DNA from: Lama glama
Lineage: Eukaryota
Direction of reading: 5' to 3'
DNA: 64,000 nucleotides
NCBI GenBank assembly: GCA_028534125.1
Contig: CM052843.1
Coordinates: 14,694,001-14,758,000, forward strand
The notes beneath the pieces are model-generated. The model did no database searches. It saw only the letters and a list, made by a program, of their open reading frames with translations, and was not told the origin of the DNA. This document shows, piece after piece, positions 43,491 through 54,619 of this stretch. The translations under genes were made by a program, and so were the position numbers. The number at the start of each line of letters is the position of its first letter. The stretch's first letter is position 1.

Positions 43491-45392
43491 CTGTTTATTC
43501 CTCATCCTTTAACATTTTCTATTTTGACATATTTTTAAGTCTACATATTATTTTGATGGTATATGTATAGAACTTATGAATAAATAAATGCATATACATA
43601 TATCAGAGCTATGTGTTCAAAAACAATCTTTTTAAGCTGAAAGGAGTGCTTGATCAAAAAGACTTGGAAACTACTGCACTTGACCATAAGCTCCTTGAAG
43701 GCAGTGATTATGTTTTTCCTTATCTTTGAATCCATTGCTAACACAGTCTCTGGCACATTGTGTTTCAGAAATGGTTGTTAAATAATTGAATGAATGAAAC
43801 CGCCAATATCTGATTCATGTGTCTTAAGCAACACAGCCACTGAGAAACTCGACGTTCCAGCTGTGTCCTGTTATAACACATCTGAGGCTAAACATAAGCA
43901 GTGACTCATGATGGCAGGTAGTGTACCGTCACCGGTGTCCAGTTCTTGTTTTTAAAATGGGGATATAAATTCTTAAAATCTTAAAAGACTTTCCTGTGGC
44001 TTGTAATCTGTAGGTGCTTATGAAACTGGTAATTATTTTTTGTGAATACATCCCCTGCTTTTTAATGTCACCTACTCTCTGTAATGGCAGTTTGCTAGGA
44101 AGAATTGGTCTTCTGAATACTTTAATGTCAGAAACATGACTTTATTTAATTTTAGACTGTGAACTTCTAAAAGACAAAGACACTATTGACCATATAGAGC
44201 TATGGCATCAATAACTAGTTCGGGAAATCCTCCCCCCTCCCTTTCTAACATACAAATTAACCATAGCAAAAATAGCAAGTTTATTTTCTTGGGTTATTAT
44301 TTTTAATAACAATACTGAATGAAATTTGATTCACTCAGTCAAATGGGTTAACCTGACTCTGCCCTTTGGACTTCTCATATTTACTTTCTTATAGCTTTCT
44401 ACATTTATGATTCTTTTTTTCATTTCTCTCTGTCTCTTTCTCTTTTTTTTTTTCAGTTCCAGCAGTTAATGGTCTAGTTAATTGTTACTAATGAGGCTAG
44501 TGCTTCTACCACTGAACATTATGCATCATCTCTTTTTTCTTTTTATTTTGGACTCTGTTCACTTACCACCATGCCCTCTTTTGTCTTTGGGAAGCAGAAA
44601 ACACACCTTGTTGCTATAGGTCAAATGTTGTGAAAGAGATTGTTTCTTCTTGAGTTTATTAGAAAAAAGAGAAAGATAACCAAGGATAAGGGAAGGCAAA
44701 GAAATTTGAACATAAGTAAAATCGTTGGTTTGTAAATTCACTTTCAGATGAATCAAAGTACTGGAGACATTAGCACAGAATACAGCTCGGGACACTTATT
44801 CTCACTCACAGTCTTTCCCCATTAGAGGCCTCTCAAATTCCTTCTGATTTTAATAGATGAGCTACGTAGCGGAATCAAACTGTGGAAGAAAATCTGGAAT
44901 CTATCCAGAGAGGTTATTTAATACAATAGAAGCGTATTCTCAGACTGTCCTGTGGGATTTAGATTACACTTATATTTAGACAAATATTAAAAAAAATCTA
45001 TACCTAAAGAAAACAAAAACTTAAGTGACTGTCGTCGATAAAACAACTATTTAAACACTTACTTTGATGAACTAAGCAGACGATATTTTTACAATACTTC
45101 TTCACGAACTGGAGAATATTCTCTCTAGTCGTCTGTTTCCTTTACAAGAAGGAAAAAAAAAATCGTTCCAAAAAGTTTTTATTTAAAACAAAAAACTACT
45201 TTGCGACCTTCGCGCTGCTTGGAAGACAGTGCTAATGTTCTTAGTAAAATCGCAAAAAAAAATTTTTTTTTTAAGGTTCTCACAGAAGCGAATACTACGA
45301 AACTACTCTATTGGAACTGAAAGAGCTGCTAGAGAAGAGTTCAATTCGAATTTCTGAACGTAGGAGTGGAAGCGCCCCTCCAGCGCGGGAAA

Positions 45393-45407
45393 GCTGGGAA
45401 TTGTAGT
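45393..45407 (-). promoter_or_regulatory. ZNF143/THAP11-type motif ACTACAATTCCCAGC
   Basis: gctgggaattgtagt on + is the reverse complement of the canonical ACTACAnnTCCCAGC promoter motif. Confidence 0.75.
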
Positions 45408-45649
45408 CCGGGAAGCGTCTCAGCTGGAATCAAGTTCCACTGCTCAGCGCTTAATGGACGGAGAGTCGTTTGGGCCAATTCAGTTTTCCTGGGTTCTCAT
45501 TGGGCCTTCTGGTTCAATACTTCGGGCATCTCCCTTGGTCACCAATGAACGCTTTAGTCTAAGAAGGCCTTCGCGGATTGGATGTCTTTTCCTCGCTTTG
45601 GAATGGTATCAGCCAATGGGAGGGCACAACCGGCGGATGCGCCTGGGTC

Positions 45650-45847
45650 ACGGGGGAGAGTCCGTAGAGTCTTTCCCCGCCAGCGCCCTCGGTCTCTGGC
45701 TCTTAGAGGCAGTATGGTCGTTTGCCGTCGCTGAGCCCGCGGCTCCGAACGGAGGGACCTGCTCCGTGCCTCCAGGATCCCTCTACTTCGTTCGTTGGTG
45801 TGGCCTTGATGCTGCGGCAGGCTCTGGACTCCTAAAGCGCTGGAGCG
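45650..45847 (+). other. ARMC1: ARMC1 non-coding exon 1 (TSS approximate)
   Basis: GCG/GTATGT donor at 45848 within the CpG island, downstream of the CCAAT cluster. Confidence 0.65.
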
Positions 45848-46734
45848 GTATGTAGGGTCCCGGGGCGGCAGACAAAGCGGTGGAGCCGGGAAGGCCGCAG
45901 AAGGCGGCCCCGGCAGCCAGTCGGCGAGTCGGCCTGAGCAGGGGCGCTCTGCCTGTCTTCTCAGGACCCAGCAGTGCTTCCCCCCCGGCGTTTTAAAGCG
46001 CCTTGCTCCCCTGTGTCCTGTGAAAATGTTCGCTTTGTTCATTTACCCCCTATCTTCTCTACTTCCGATTTTTACGAACCCTGGAATTACTGATGGCTGT
46101 CATCTCCCTTCTTCATCTCTCCAGGTTGTTCTTTGTTAACTATTAGTTTTGTGCAACCTGCGTGTCTATTAAGAGCAGCACATGGTTGTGTTTGGCTTCA
46201 TTCAGGCGAGGCCAATGTTCACGTCTCTGTATTTTAAAAACTGTTCTTGGCGTTCTTGCATGTAGCACCTCCTTTCGTGGTAGTGAACTGATGTCTGAGG
46301 GTAGTGCAGAGTGTACCCCAACACCTGGCCGAATAGGAGTCCCCGCTGTCTCAGGTATTGTTCTTGTTTGACAGTTGCTGGTACTCTTAACACCATCTCA
46401 AGTTTTTATTTTCTTTGATCCTGACAACCCCTCAGGATTGTTATGAGACGAAACAGGCTCAAAGGAGGTAACCCAACTTCTCAAAGAGTTACAGTTAGTT
46501 GCTAGTAAAGGGAAAGCCAGGTCTGGTGTCAATGCTTAACGTTACTTTTTAAAACTCGCCTAACTGGGTGTGAACTTAGGTTTTGAGTGTGTAATTTCTG
46601 CGGCTCTGTGTATTTGTTATATTTAACTATGCATGTAAGAGCTAAATAATTCTTTAAGTTGAGTGGTAAATCTTGGCTGAAAGCACATCTTTCAGGCAGC
46701 TGCCTAATTATACAGGTGCCTCACATCAGCGAAC

Positions 46735-46915
46735 TCCTAGCTTCCCAAAGTGGTTCCCTGACTAGCGGCATAGATAGACCTCACCTGGGAGCTTGTTGGC
46801 AGTGCAGACTCTCAGGCCTCACCTGGCCTGCTGGCTTTTTTTTTTTTTTTTATATATATAAATAAGATCCCTTAGGTGACCAGAGTTCTTGTTAGAGTTT
46901 GGGGTGCGTTCATGG
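46735..46915. mobile_element. MER5A-like hAT DNA transposon
   Basis: cttcccaaagtggttccc...cacctgggagcttgtt...tgcagactctcaggcc. Confidence 0.7.
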
Positions 46916-47960
46916 TCTTATAATGATTTATTTGTCCACATTAAGCTAAATAAAAGAGAAATTAAAAGGTATACCTTACGTTATTCTCTACTTTTTCCTG
47001 GCAGATGCTAATTTGAGCCTGCTCCTAGTCAGTGGACTGGTAAGGTTGGAAGTTTTAACTCTTGCCTTTGGTTCACCCCAAAGAAGCAGGAAAGGCCATA
47101 ACTTTTCAGACTCATTCCTACTAAGTTTTCTAAGTACTCCTTAGATGAGAATGGAGCTCTCCAGGTCCAAGGCCAGTATTGTGTGCAAAAGACTATCATC
47201 TATGATATTTAGTTCTTAAATGCGACTCTATTCTTGGGCCTTTGGGCCAGTGATAGGTTCTGCAGATTCCACTTTTGGATAGGATTTGTGCTGGTGATAG
47301 CACATAAAAAGCTCATGAGTAAGCTGGTTTGTAAACAGGGATATTGAGGATGTTGTACCTAAGAGGCAACTTGCCCCCAAACCCTTTAATCTTCGCTCTG
47401 TGCAGTCTATTGCTTTTTTTTTAAATCCTTTTTTAAGTTGCCTAAGTAACTGTTTCCATTTTGAGAAACTTCCATGCCAAATACTATCCATTAATACATG
47501 TAAAAGGCTTAGTGTACTTGGCACATTGTAAATGCTCAGTAACAGTTGTAAGTTACATGGAGTCAAACATCAATGGAAAATAGTAGATTATTCAAGAAAT
47601 GGTATTGATATAACTTATAAGCAATTAAAAACCACTGCATAGGATCTTAACTCACAACACCTGTGGAAAAAAACCCAGATAAAATACTTGAAAATTTTTG
47701 AATTTTCAAGCAAATGCGAAATAAAGGACTCAGAGAAAACAAGGCTTTAACACGATAGTATTTGGCAGGTAATATCCATTTGATAGCTGCTATGATTCGT
47801 CCCATTTTATAGATGAAGAAACTAAGACCAAGAGTTTAAGTTATCTGCCTAAAATCACATTTGCCAAGTGGTGGAGCCTGGGTTTGTCTCACTGAGAGCC
47901 TGCTTTCTTAAACTAATGTATAAACGACTTTCCTGGGAGAAGTATCTCTCAGCTACTGCC

Positions 47961-48018
47961 CCACCACCCACCACCCACCACCACCATCACCACCCACCAC
48001 CACCACCACCACTACCAC
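47961..48018 (+). repeat. (CCA)n microsatellite
   Basis: Imperfect ccaccacca array. Confidence 0.9.
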
Positions 48019-49200
48019 TGCTTTACTCTCTGTATCTTTGTGTATTTCAGTACATGGGGAAGCCATTTCTGCTTGCTTTCCCCCACCCCTCCAATAACTT
48101 GAATAGCCTTTCTAGAGTTACAGAATAATTGTGTTCCCAGCCCTCCTCCCCCAGTTAGCATTGTTTCTGTAATTAGCGTTAAACTAACTCATTAATTTGA
48201 TGAGAGTATTTATACCTTTACATTCTTCTGAGAAGAAATATAATGTGTAGTTTGGTTAATGGAGTTACTGTTTTTAACTTTATGCCTATATGAGGATTGT
48301 TCCTTGATATTTTGTATTTTGGTTTTTGTATATGTTTATCGTGTTACATTTTCTAAAATATCTTGCTTTTATGGGAAAAGAGTGTGCTGAATTTAAAAGG
48401 AAGATATGGGAAGTGTAAAGACTGCTGACCAGTTTAGGAGATAGTAAATAAGGTTTTAGCCCAGTTCTATACTAACTACCTTTTGTCACCTGGGGCAAGT
48501 TACTTAACTTCTCTGTGACTGTTTGCTTAGCTGCCAGATGAATTCCTCACCTCAGGTTCTGTTTCATTCTTCTGAGAGTGACACACTCCGGGGGACAGGT
48601 GTGCTTAGATTCCATTCAGATTCACCCTGGTCTCCCAGACTTCACTGGCCTGAGGCACAGGGCAAGATACCCTTTTTGGCTTCTTTGTTCATGACCTTCT
48701 TTGACTCCCTCCTTTTTCTAAGGGGATTTTATCTTCTGTAAACCCAGTAGACTGGGTTTTGTTCACTGAAGAATAAGAAAAAAGCTGTCTGCTAGCCATT
48801 TTCTCTGAGGCACTTGTCTTAGGCTCCAGAAATGTTCTAGCGGAAAGGAGCATTGGCAGCGTTGCAGGTTGAGAAGTGTAGCAAAGGTTATAAGCTTAAA
48901 CTGTAAAGCTCTTGTTTATTGTGACTTTGTGTTAAAATATGTACTGCTAAAAAGAAACTTGTTGGAATAATGAAGATGGCATATGTTCTTTAAACACTGT
49001 GCACACATAAATAACTTTTTTTTTAAAGTCAGCTTCTTATGTTCATTTTACTTTTCTCAAACTGGAATTGCCAATTCTTAAGTTTCTGTGTGATTTAGAT
49101 TCATCTGTTTTTTCCTGAAGGTGTTATAATTCTGATTATTTAACAAATGCCGTAACATACCTCAGCAGCTTAGAACTAATTTTGCAAAACCTTTCTACAG

Positions 49201-49238
49201 AATTTAAGAAGCTTTTGTTCATGTGTGTGGCATAGAAG
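49201..49238 (+). other. ARMC1: ARMC1 exon 2, 5'UTR part
   Basis: ctttctacag acceptor ending at 49200 with upstream ctaat branch-like motif. Confidence 0.8.
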
Positions 49239-49421
49239 ATGAATTCCTCTTCCTCCACCATGAATGAAGAACCTGATGCGCTCTCGGTGGTGAACCAGCT
49301 GCGGGATCTGGCAGCAGATCCATTAAATCGAAGAGCCATCGTCCAGGATCAGGGATGTCTGCCCGGCCTTATTTTATTTATGGACCATCCCAACCCCCCT
49401 GTTGTCCACTCAGCTTTGCTG
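49239..49421 (+). CDS. ARMC1: ARMC1 (armadillo repeat-containing 1) first coding exon, 61 codons; gene continues beyond the window
   Basis: [61 protein letters not shown] then CTG/GTAAGT donor; near-identical to recalled ARMC1 N-terminus. Confidence 0.96.
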
Positions 49422-49749
49422 GTAAGTTGCCTTTAGGAACCTCAGTCTTGGTGTTATAATTTTGCAGTAAAGGAGAATTTGAAAAAGTATTAGATGACAT
49501 GGTAAAAAGTTAAAAGTAACTGTAGAGGAAATAATGATAAGTTTGGATGTATTTTTGTATGTGCAAACATATATGTATGTGTAGAGTCCTTTTATACAAG
49601 TGGTAGCACACTGTATTTTTATTTTTTGACACAAATCATAGGATACCATGTGTGTGGAATGTTCTGCAACTTCCTTTTTTCACTTAAGAAATCTTAAGGG
49701 TTAAATCATAACAGTACAGAAAAACACTCACATTAAAGAGGCACTTACT

Positions 49750-50180
49750 GTTTTGTTTTGTAACAGCTTTATTCAGATGTAAATCATGTACCATATAATT
49801 TACCTAAAGTATGCAATTCCGTGGATTTTAGTATGTTTACAGAGTCGTGCAACCATCACCACAGTCAGTTCTAGAACACTTCCATCACCTCAGCAAGAAA
49901 CTGCTCTTTCCCTATTTCTCCTCAGTCCCCACCCGCCTTCCCTAAGCAGCCATGACTTTCTGTCTCTTTATATTTGCCTATGCCAGCAAAAGTGCCTATA
50001 GATCTTTAATAAATAAAATCATATAATACGTGGTCTTTGTGACTTTTTTCACTGAGCATAATGCTTTCAAGGTTCATCCACACGGTAGCTGCAAGGTACT
50101 GCATTCCCCTTTATGGGTGAATAACAGTCCATTGCATGGCTGTGCCGTATTCTGTCTATCCATTCATCAGTAGATGGGCA
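49750..50180 (-). mobile_element. L1MB-like 3' end (antisense)
   Basis: cagctttattcagatgtaaatcatgtaccata...gtgcaaccatcaccacagtc...ttcaaggttcatcca. Confidence 0.75.
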
Positions 50181-51169
50181 TGGCACTCGTTTTAATATAA
50201 GACGGAAAGGAAAAGGTGAGGAAAAGAGAACATATACAGGATCATAACTAATGCAGAAGGAACTACCATATTGTGGGAAATGAGGGGACTAGAGAAACAT
50301 GTTAAAGAATAATACCAGACAGTCAGGCAAATCCAGAAAGTGATCATTTCTGGAGGACAAATAATCCAGGTCTGTGAACAATGAATTTCATTAAAAAAAA
50401 AAAAAGCAGTTGAGGTGTAGGAGAGTAGCAGTAACTATTATAGACTAAGAGAGACTTAAGAGACATATCAAACCAGGTGTAATATGTGGAACTGATTTGA
50501 ATCCTGATTTGAACAAATCAACCGAAAATACATTTGTAGATAGCTTGAAATAAATATAGACAGGACAGTAGATATTAAAAAACCATAATTGCTTTTGCAT
50601 AGTATTCTAATAGTATTATCATTAAGTTAACTAGAAAGACCCATTAATTTCTTAGGGATGTGCTGAAGTATTTACAAATGGAATTATACGTCCTCTTGAG
50701 ATTTGCTGTAAGTGCTCCAGCGTGGTTAGCGGCAGGGGAGATGGATGAAGCGAGATTGCCAACAATTACCGAATTGTTGAAGCTGAATGGTGGGTACATG
50801 GGGTGACCACACACTTTGTATAATTTGTGTCTTCTAAAATTTTCATAACGGAGTTTAAATGAAAATTAATGCAATAGAAAATTTAAAACTCGTCCTTTAC
50901 TTAAGGACCCATGATCATTTCCCATTTAGTCTAATTTCACAAGTACATACAGAAAAATAATACAGGCTTTTTTTCCTTTTTGAAAATCAAACTACATAAT
51001 GCAGATTTCCTATGTTACCTTCACAGAATGAAGTCTGATAGGCAGAACTGACACTGATGTGAGTGACTGGTAGTAACAAATGGGAGAATTTGCATGGCCC
51101 CTAGTTTGGGTCCTACTTCAGTGAGAATTGCAACAAGGATAAGAAGAAAGAAACCTTTTCGTTTTTAAT

Positions 51170-52620
51170 TTTTTAGCAGTTGCTCTAGGTTTAACTTGTC
51201 ACAGTCTACTTTTAAGTAAATCACATGCTTCACATATAATGTAAGAATCATACAGCGTTATATTTCCATATCCTCCCATCCTTTGTGCTATTTTTTGTCA
51301 TACGTTTTACTTCTGTGTATGTTAAAAATCTACAGTATTTTTTTGCTCTAAACCATTATCTTTTAAAAGATTAAAATTTTAAAAATCAAGTTTACTTTAT
51401 ATTTACTGTCACATTTACCTTTTCTGGTGTTCTTCACTTCTTAGCACAGATTCATGTTTCTAATGGTGTCTTTTATTTTCTGCCTGGAGAACTTGAACGC
51501 TTTTCTGTAATGCCGGTTTGCTGGTGGCTTTTTTGCCCGGTGCGTTCCAAAGTGTTGTTTCGCCGTCTGGCTCAGATTATTTCTAGTAAGACCGGTGGTT
51601 CTTATCTTTGTTCCTCTCGATGTAACATTTAAGCCTTTTTCCTGCTATTTTTGTGACTTAATCACTGGTCTTCAGCAAGTGATTGTTATGTGCTTGATAT
51701 GGATGGCTTTCTTTATGCTGTGTTTTTGTTTGTTCTTGTTTTGCTTGGAATTTATTGGATCTTGGACCTGTAGTTTTCATCACTTTGGGGAAACTGTCAT
51801 GCATTATTTTTTCAACTTTTTTTCCCTCATTCGCACTCCTCTCCTGAGACTCCAGTTATGTGTGTGTTAGGCTCACGTTGTCCCACAGGTCACTATTGCA
51901 CTGTTCCTTTTTTTTTTTTTTCTTTAAGTTTTTTTTCCCCTCCTTCTCAATTCTGAATTTTGAGTAGTTTTCTGTTGCTACATTTTAAAGTTCATTGATC
52001 TTCTTATCTGTAGTATCTAATCTGCTATTAATCCTCCCCAGTGTGCTTTTCATTTTAGACATTATGTTTTTAGTCTCTAGAAGTTACATTTGGGTCTTTT
52101 TAATGTCTTTCATTTCTTCCCCGCCTCCATGTTATGTCTTCCTACTCGTCCTTGAACATGTGGAATGTATTTATAATAGCTGTTTTTGTGTTCTTGTTTT
52201 CTAATTTCACCTCTGTCATGTCTAGGTCTATTTCTATTGACCTTTTTCCCTCCTGATTATGGGTCATATTTTCCTGCTGCTTTTCATGCCTGGCCACTTT
52301 TAATCAGATGCCAGACAGATTTTGGGGTTTGGGGTTTGGATTTTTTGGTATCCTTACAAGTATTCTTCAGCCTGTTCTTGCTTGTAGGTAGGTTACTTGG
52401 GATTGGTTTGATTTTTTCAAGACTCGCATTTAGGCTTTGTAGAGTGACTCCAAAGCAGCCTGTGTTCTGTGATATCACCACTACTAAGGGGATGCTCTGC
52501 TGGGGATTCACCCTGATTCCTTCTGCACTGTGAGATCTTTTCACTTCACCTGGGGAGACACAAACGATCCCTTGCTGTGCAGATCCCTCCTTTGTTACTC
52601 TGCTCCGCAAATTCTAGCTG
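51170..52620 (-). mobile_element. Old L1 internal fragment (antisense)
   Basis: T-rich, complementary to the L1 ORF1-type sequence seen at 14.3-14.8 kb. Confidence 0.6.
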
Positions 52621-52624
52621 CCTG

Positions 52625-53362
52625 GGGTGTTTTCTGACACTAGCCAGTTCTCTGATCCTCTGTGAACACCAGCTGGGTGTCCAGCAATTCAATTCTGACA
52701 CTAACCACTCAGAATTAAGTATCAAATTCCCCAGGTTTAAGGCCCAGTCCCACAAGACTGTCTTCACTTCAAAGGCTAGTTGCAAGTATCAGGTCACCTG
52801 TATTTCTAACTAAGCAGCTATAAATTGGGTGATCCATTTGACTCCCCCTCAGTTTGATAATTTACTAGGGTGGCTTCAGAACTCAGGAAGCCACTTTTCT
52901 TGCATTTACCAGTTTGTTTGTTTGTTTTTCTTACAAAGGATACAAATGAACAGGTAGGTACATAGGGCAAGATCTAGAAGGGTCCTGAGTACAGGAACTT
53001 CTATCCCTGTGGAGTTGGGGTGTGCCACCCTCTGGCACATGAATGTATTCATCAAGTCAGAAACTGTATCTCCTTGTTGAATTTTTACAGAGCTCTGTCT
53101 CCAGCCCCTCTACCCCCAGGTCAGTGGGTGGGGCTGAAAGTTCCCACCCTCTGGTCATTTGGTCTTTCTAGTGACTAGCCCCTTCCTGAGGCTATCTAGG
53201 GGCCCTAACCTAACTCACTTATTTGACATAAACTCATCCAAGGGCGATCCAAAGAACCGCCTTGTAGAGAACAAAAGAAGCTCCTATCAGAAAATTCCAA
53301 AAGTTTTAGGAGCTCTGAGCCAGGACCTGGACAAAAACCAAATATGGACGTATTCTGTACCA
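52625..53362. mobile_element. ERVL-class solo LTR (MER21-like)
   Basis: caccagctgggtgtccagcaattcaattctgacactaacc...tttgataatttactag...cagaactcaggaa. Confidence 0.7.
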
Positions 53363-54487
53363 CCCTAACCTCCCCAACTCTGATCTCTGCCTCTCCGGCT
53401 CAGCAAGACCACTGGGCTTTGCTGGGGCTTCCCTCCCTGTGCTGCGGTCTGGAACCGCCTCCAGAGCAGTGGGATGGGGCAGTTGTCGGGTTTGCCTCAT
53501 CGTTTCTCTTCTTCAGGGATTCCAGTCCAGCCTCTTGTCCAGCATGTTTAATAAATGTTGTCCTGTTTGTTAGTTTTTTATGGAGGGAAGGCAGTTCCCT
53601 TGGCAGTGAATCCTCTGTGAACTGAAGTAAAAATTAAGGTAGTGGTTATAGAAAGGATAGGAGATTGTAGTCAGAGACAGGTTGTTGAATTTGTGATTTC
53701 ATGTAATGAGCTGGCACTTTGGGAATGTAGTATAGAGGACCAGTAGACAACATGAAGGTCAGTGGCCTGAGATGGTTCTGGGTGGTGTAATTCCCAGAGA
53801 TATTCCCCTGCAAATCAGGTATGAATAGTCCTCAGTGAAGGATGAGAGCTCTGTCTCATGGAACAGGAGGTCTATGGAACAACTAATGAAATCCCTAAGA
53901 ATCAGCATGTGAAGCAAATACTTGCAAAAATGTACATTAAATCTTAAGAGAAAAGCACCCTAGAAAAGTTAGATTCACAAAATAGAAATTTGTGAGAGTG
54001 AGTTCATCTTTTGCTTTTCAGTTAAAAAAAAAGATATTTTAAAGATAAATTGTAAAACTTTAAACTGTTAATTCCATAAGGTGGTAGTATATTTTGTCCC
54101 CTCAGCAGTTTATTTTAATTAATATGTAAAAAGCACCTAGGGAAATGGTGGCTATTGGGACTACTCCCTGAAATTAATAAATCAGGAATGCAGTTCCTCG
54201 TATCCTTGACAAGATGAAATGATGAAAATAGAATCAGAACAACCTAATTCTGACCTTGCAGATAAGTTAGGAACCTTCATTTCAAAGAGCAGATTCAGCT
54301 ACTTCAGCTTGGATTATTTTTCTCCCCTAGAGGACTGATCTGATGGTCACACTTAAAGAAGAGTTTCTAAACACTTCAAAACCAAGTGATTCTAAAAACA
54401 AAAACCAATGTTTTACTCTTTTTCCTCCTGCAGTAAGTTAGTAGCAGGTATAATTTTGAATCATCTGGACATACGAGTTAACCTATA

Positions 54488-54619
54488 NNNNNNNNNNNNN
54501 NNNNNNNNNNNNNNNNNNNNNNNNNNNNNNNNNNNNNNNNNNNNNNNNNNNNNNNNNNNNNNNNNNNNNNNNNNNNNNNNNNNNNNNNNNNNNNNNNNNN
54601 NNNNNNNNNNNNNNNNNNN
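54488..54619. other. Assembly gap (132 N)
   Basis: N run. Confidence 1.

Larger units (their letters stand above)
45360..46010. promoter_or_regulatory. ARMC1: ARMC1 CpG-island promoter
   Basis: GC/CpG-rich; five CCAAT/ATTGG boxes at 45475, 45499, 45542, 45577, 45613; upstream of the ARMC1 coding exon. Confidence 0.85.

Noticed and set aside
45454-46042. 133-aa and 162-aa ORFs at the ARMC1 promoter
   Set aside because: CpG-island artefacts spanning promoter motifs; no recognisable protein
47868-48128. His/Pro-rich 86-aa ORF
   Set aside because: Translation of a (CCA)n microsatellite next to a MIR
51595-52813. Cluster of hydrophobic Phe/Leu-rich ORFs
   Set aside because: Antisense T-rich L1 and LTR sequence produces spurious membrane-like ORFs
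54409-54433. Strong polypyrimidine + CAG acceptor-like site before the gap
   Set aside because: Followed directly by TAA and does not encode the expected ARMC1 exon 3 peptide
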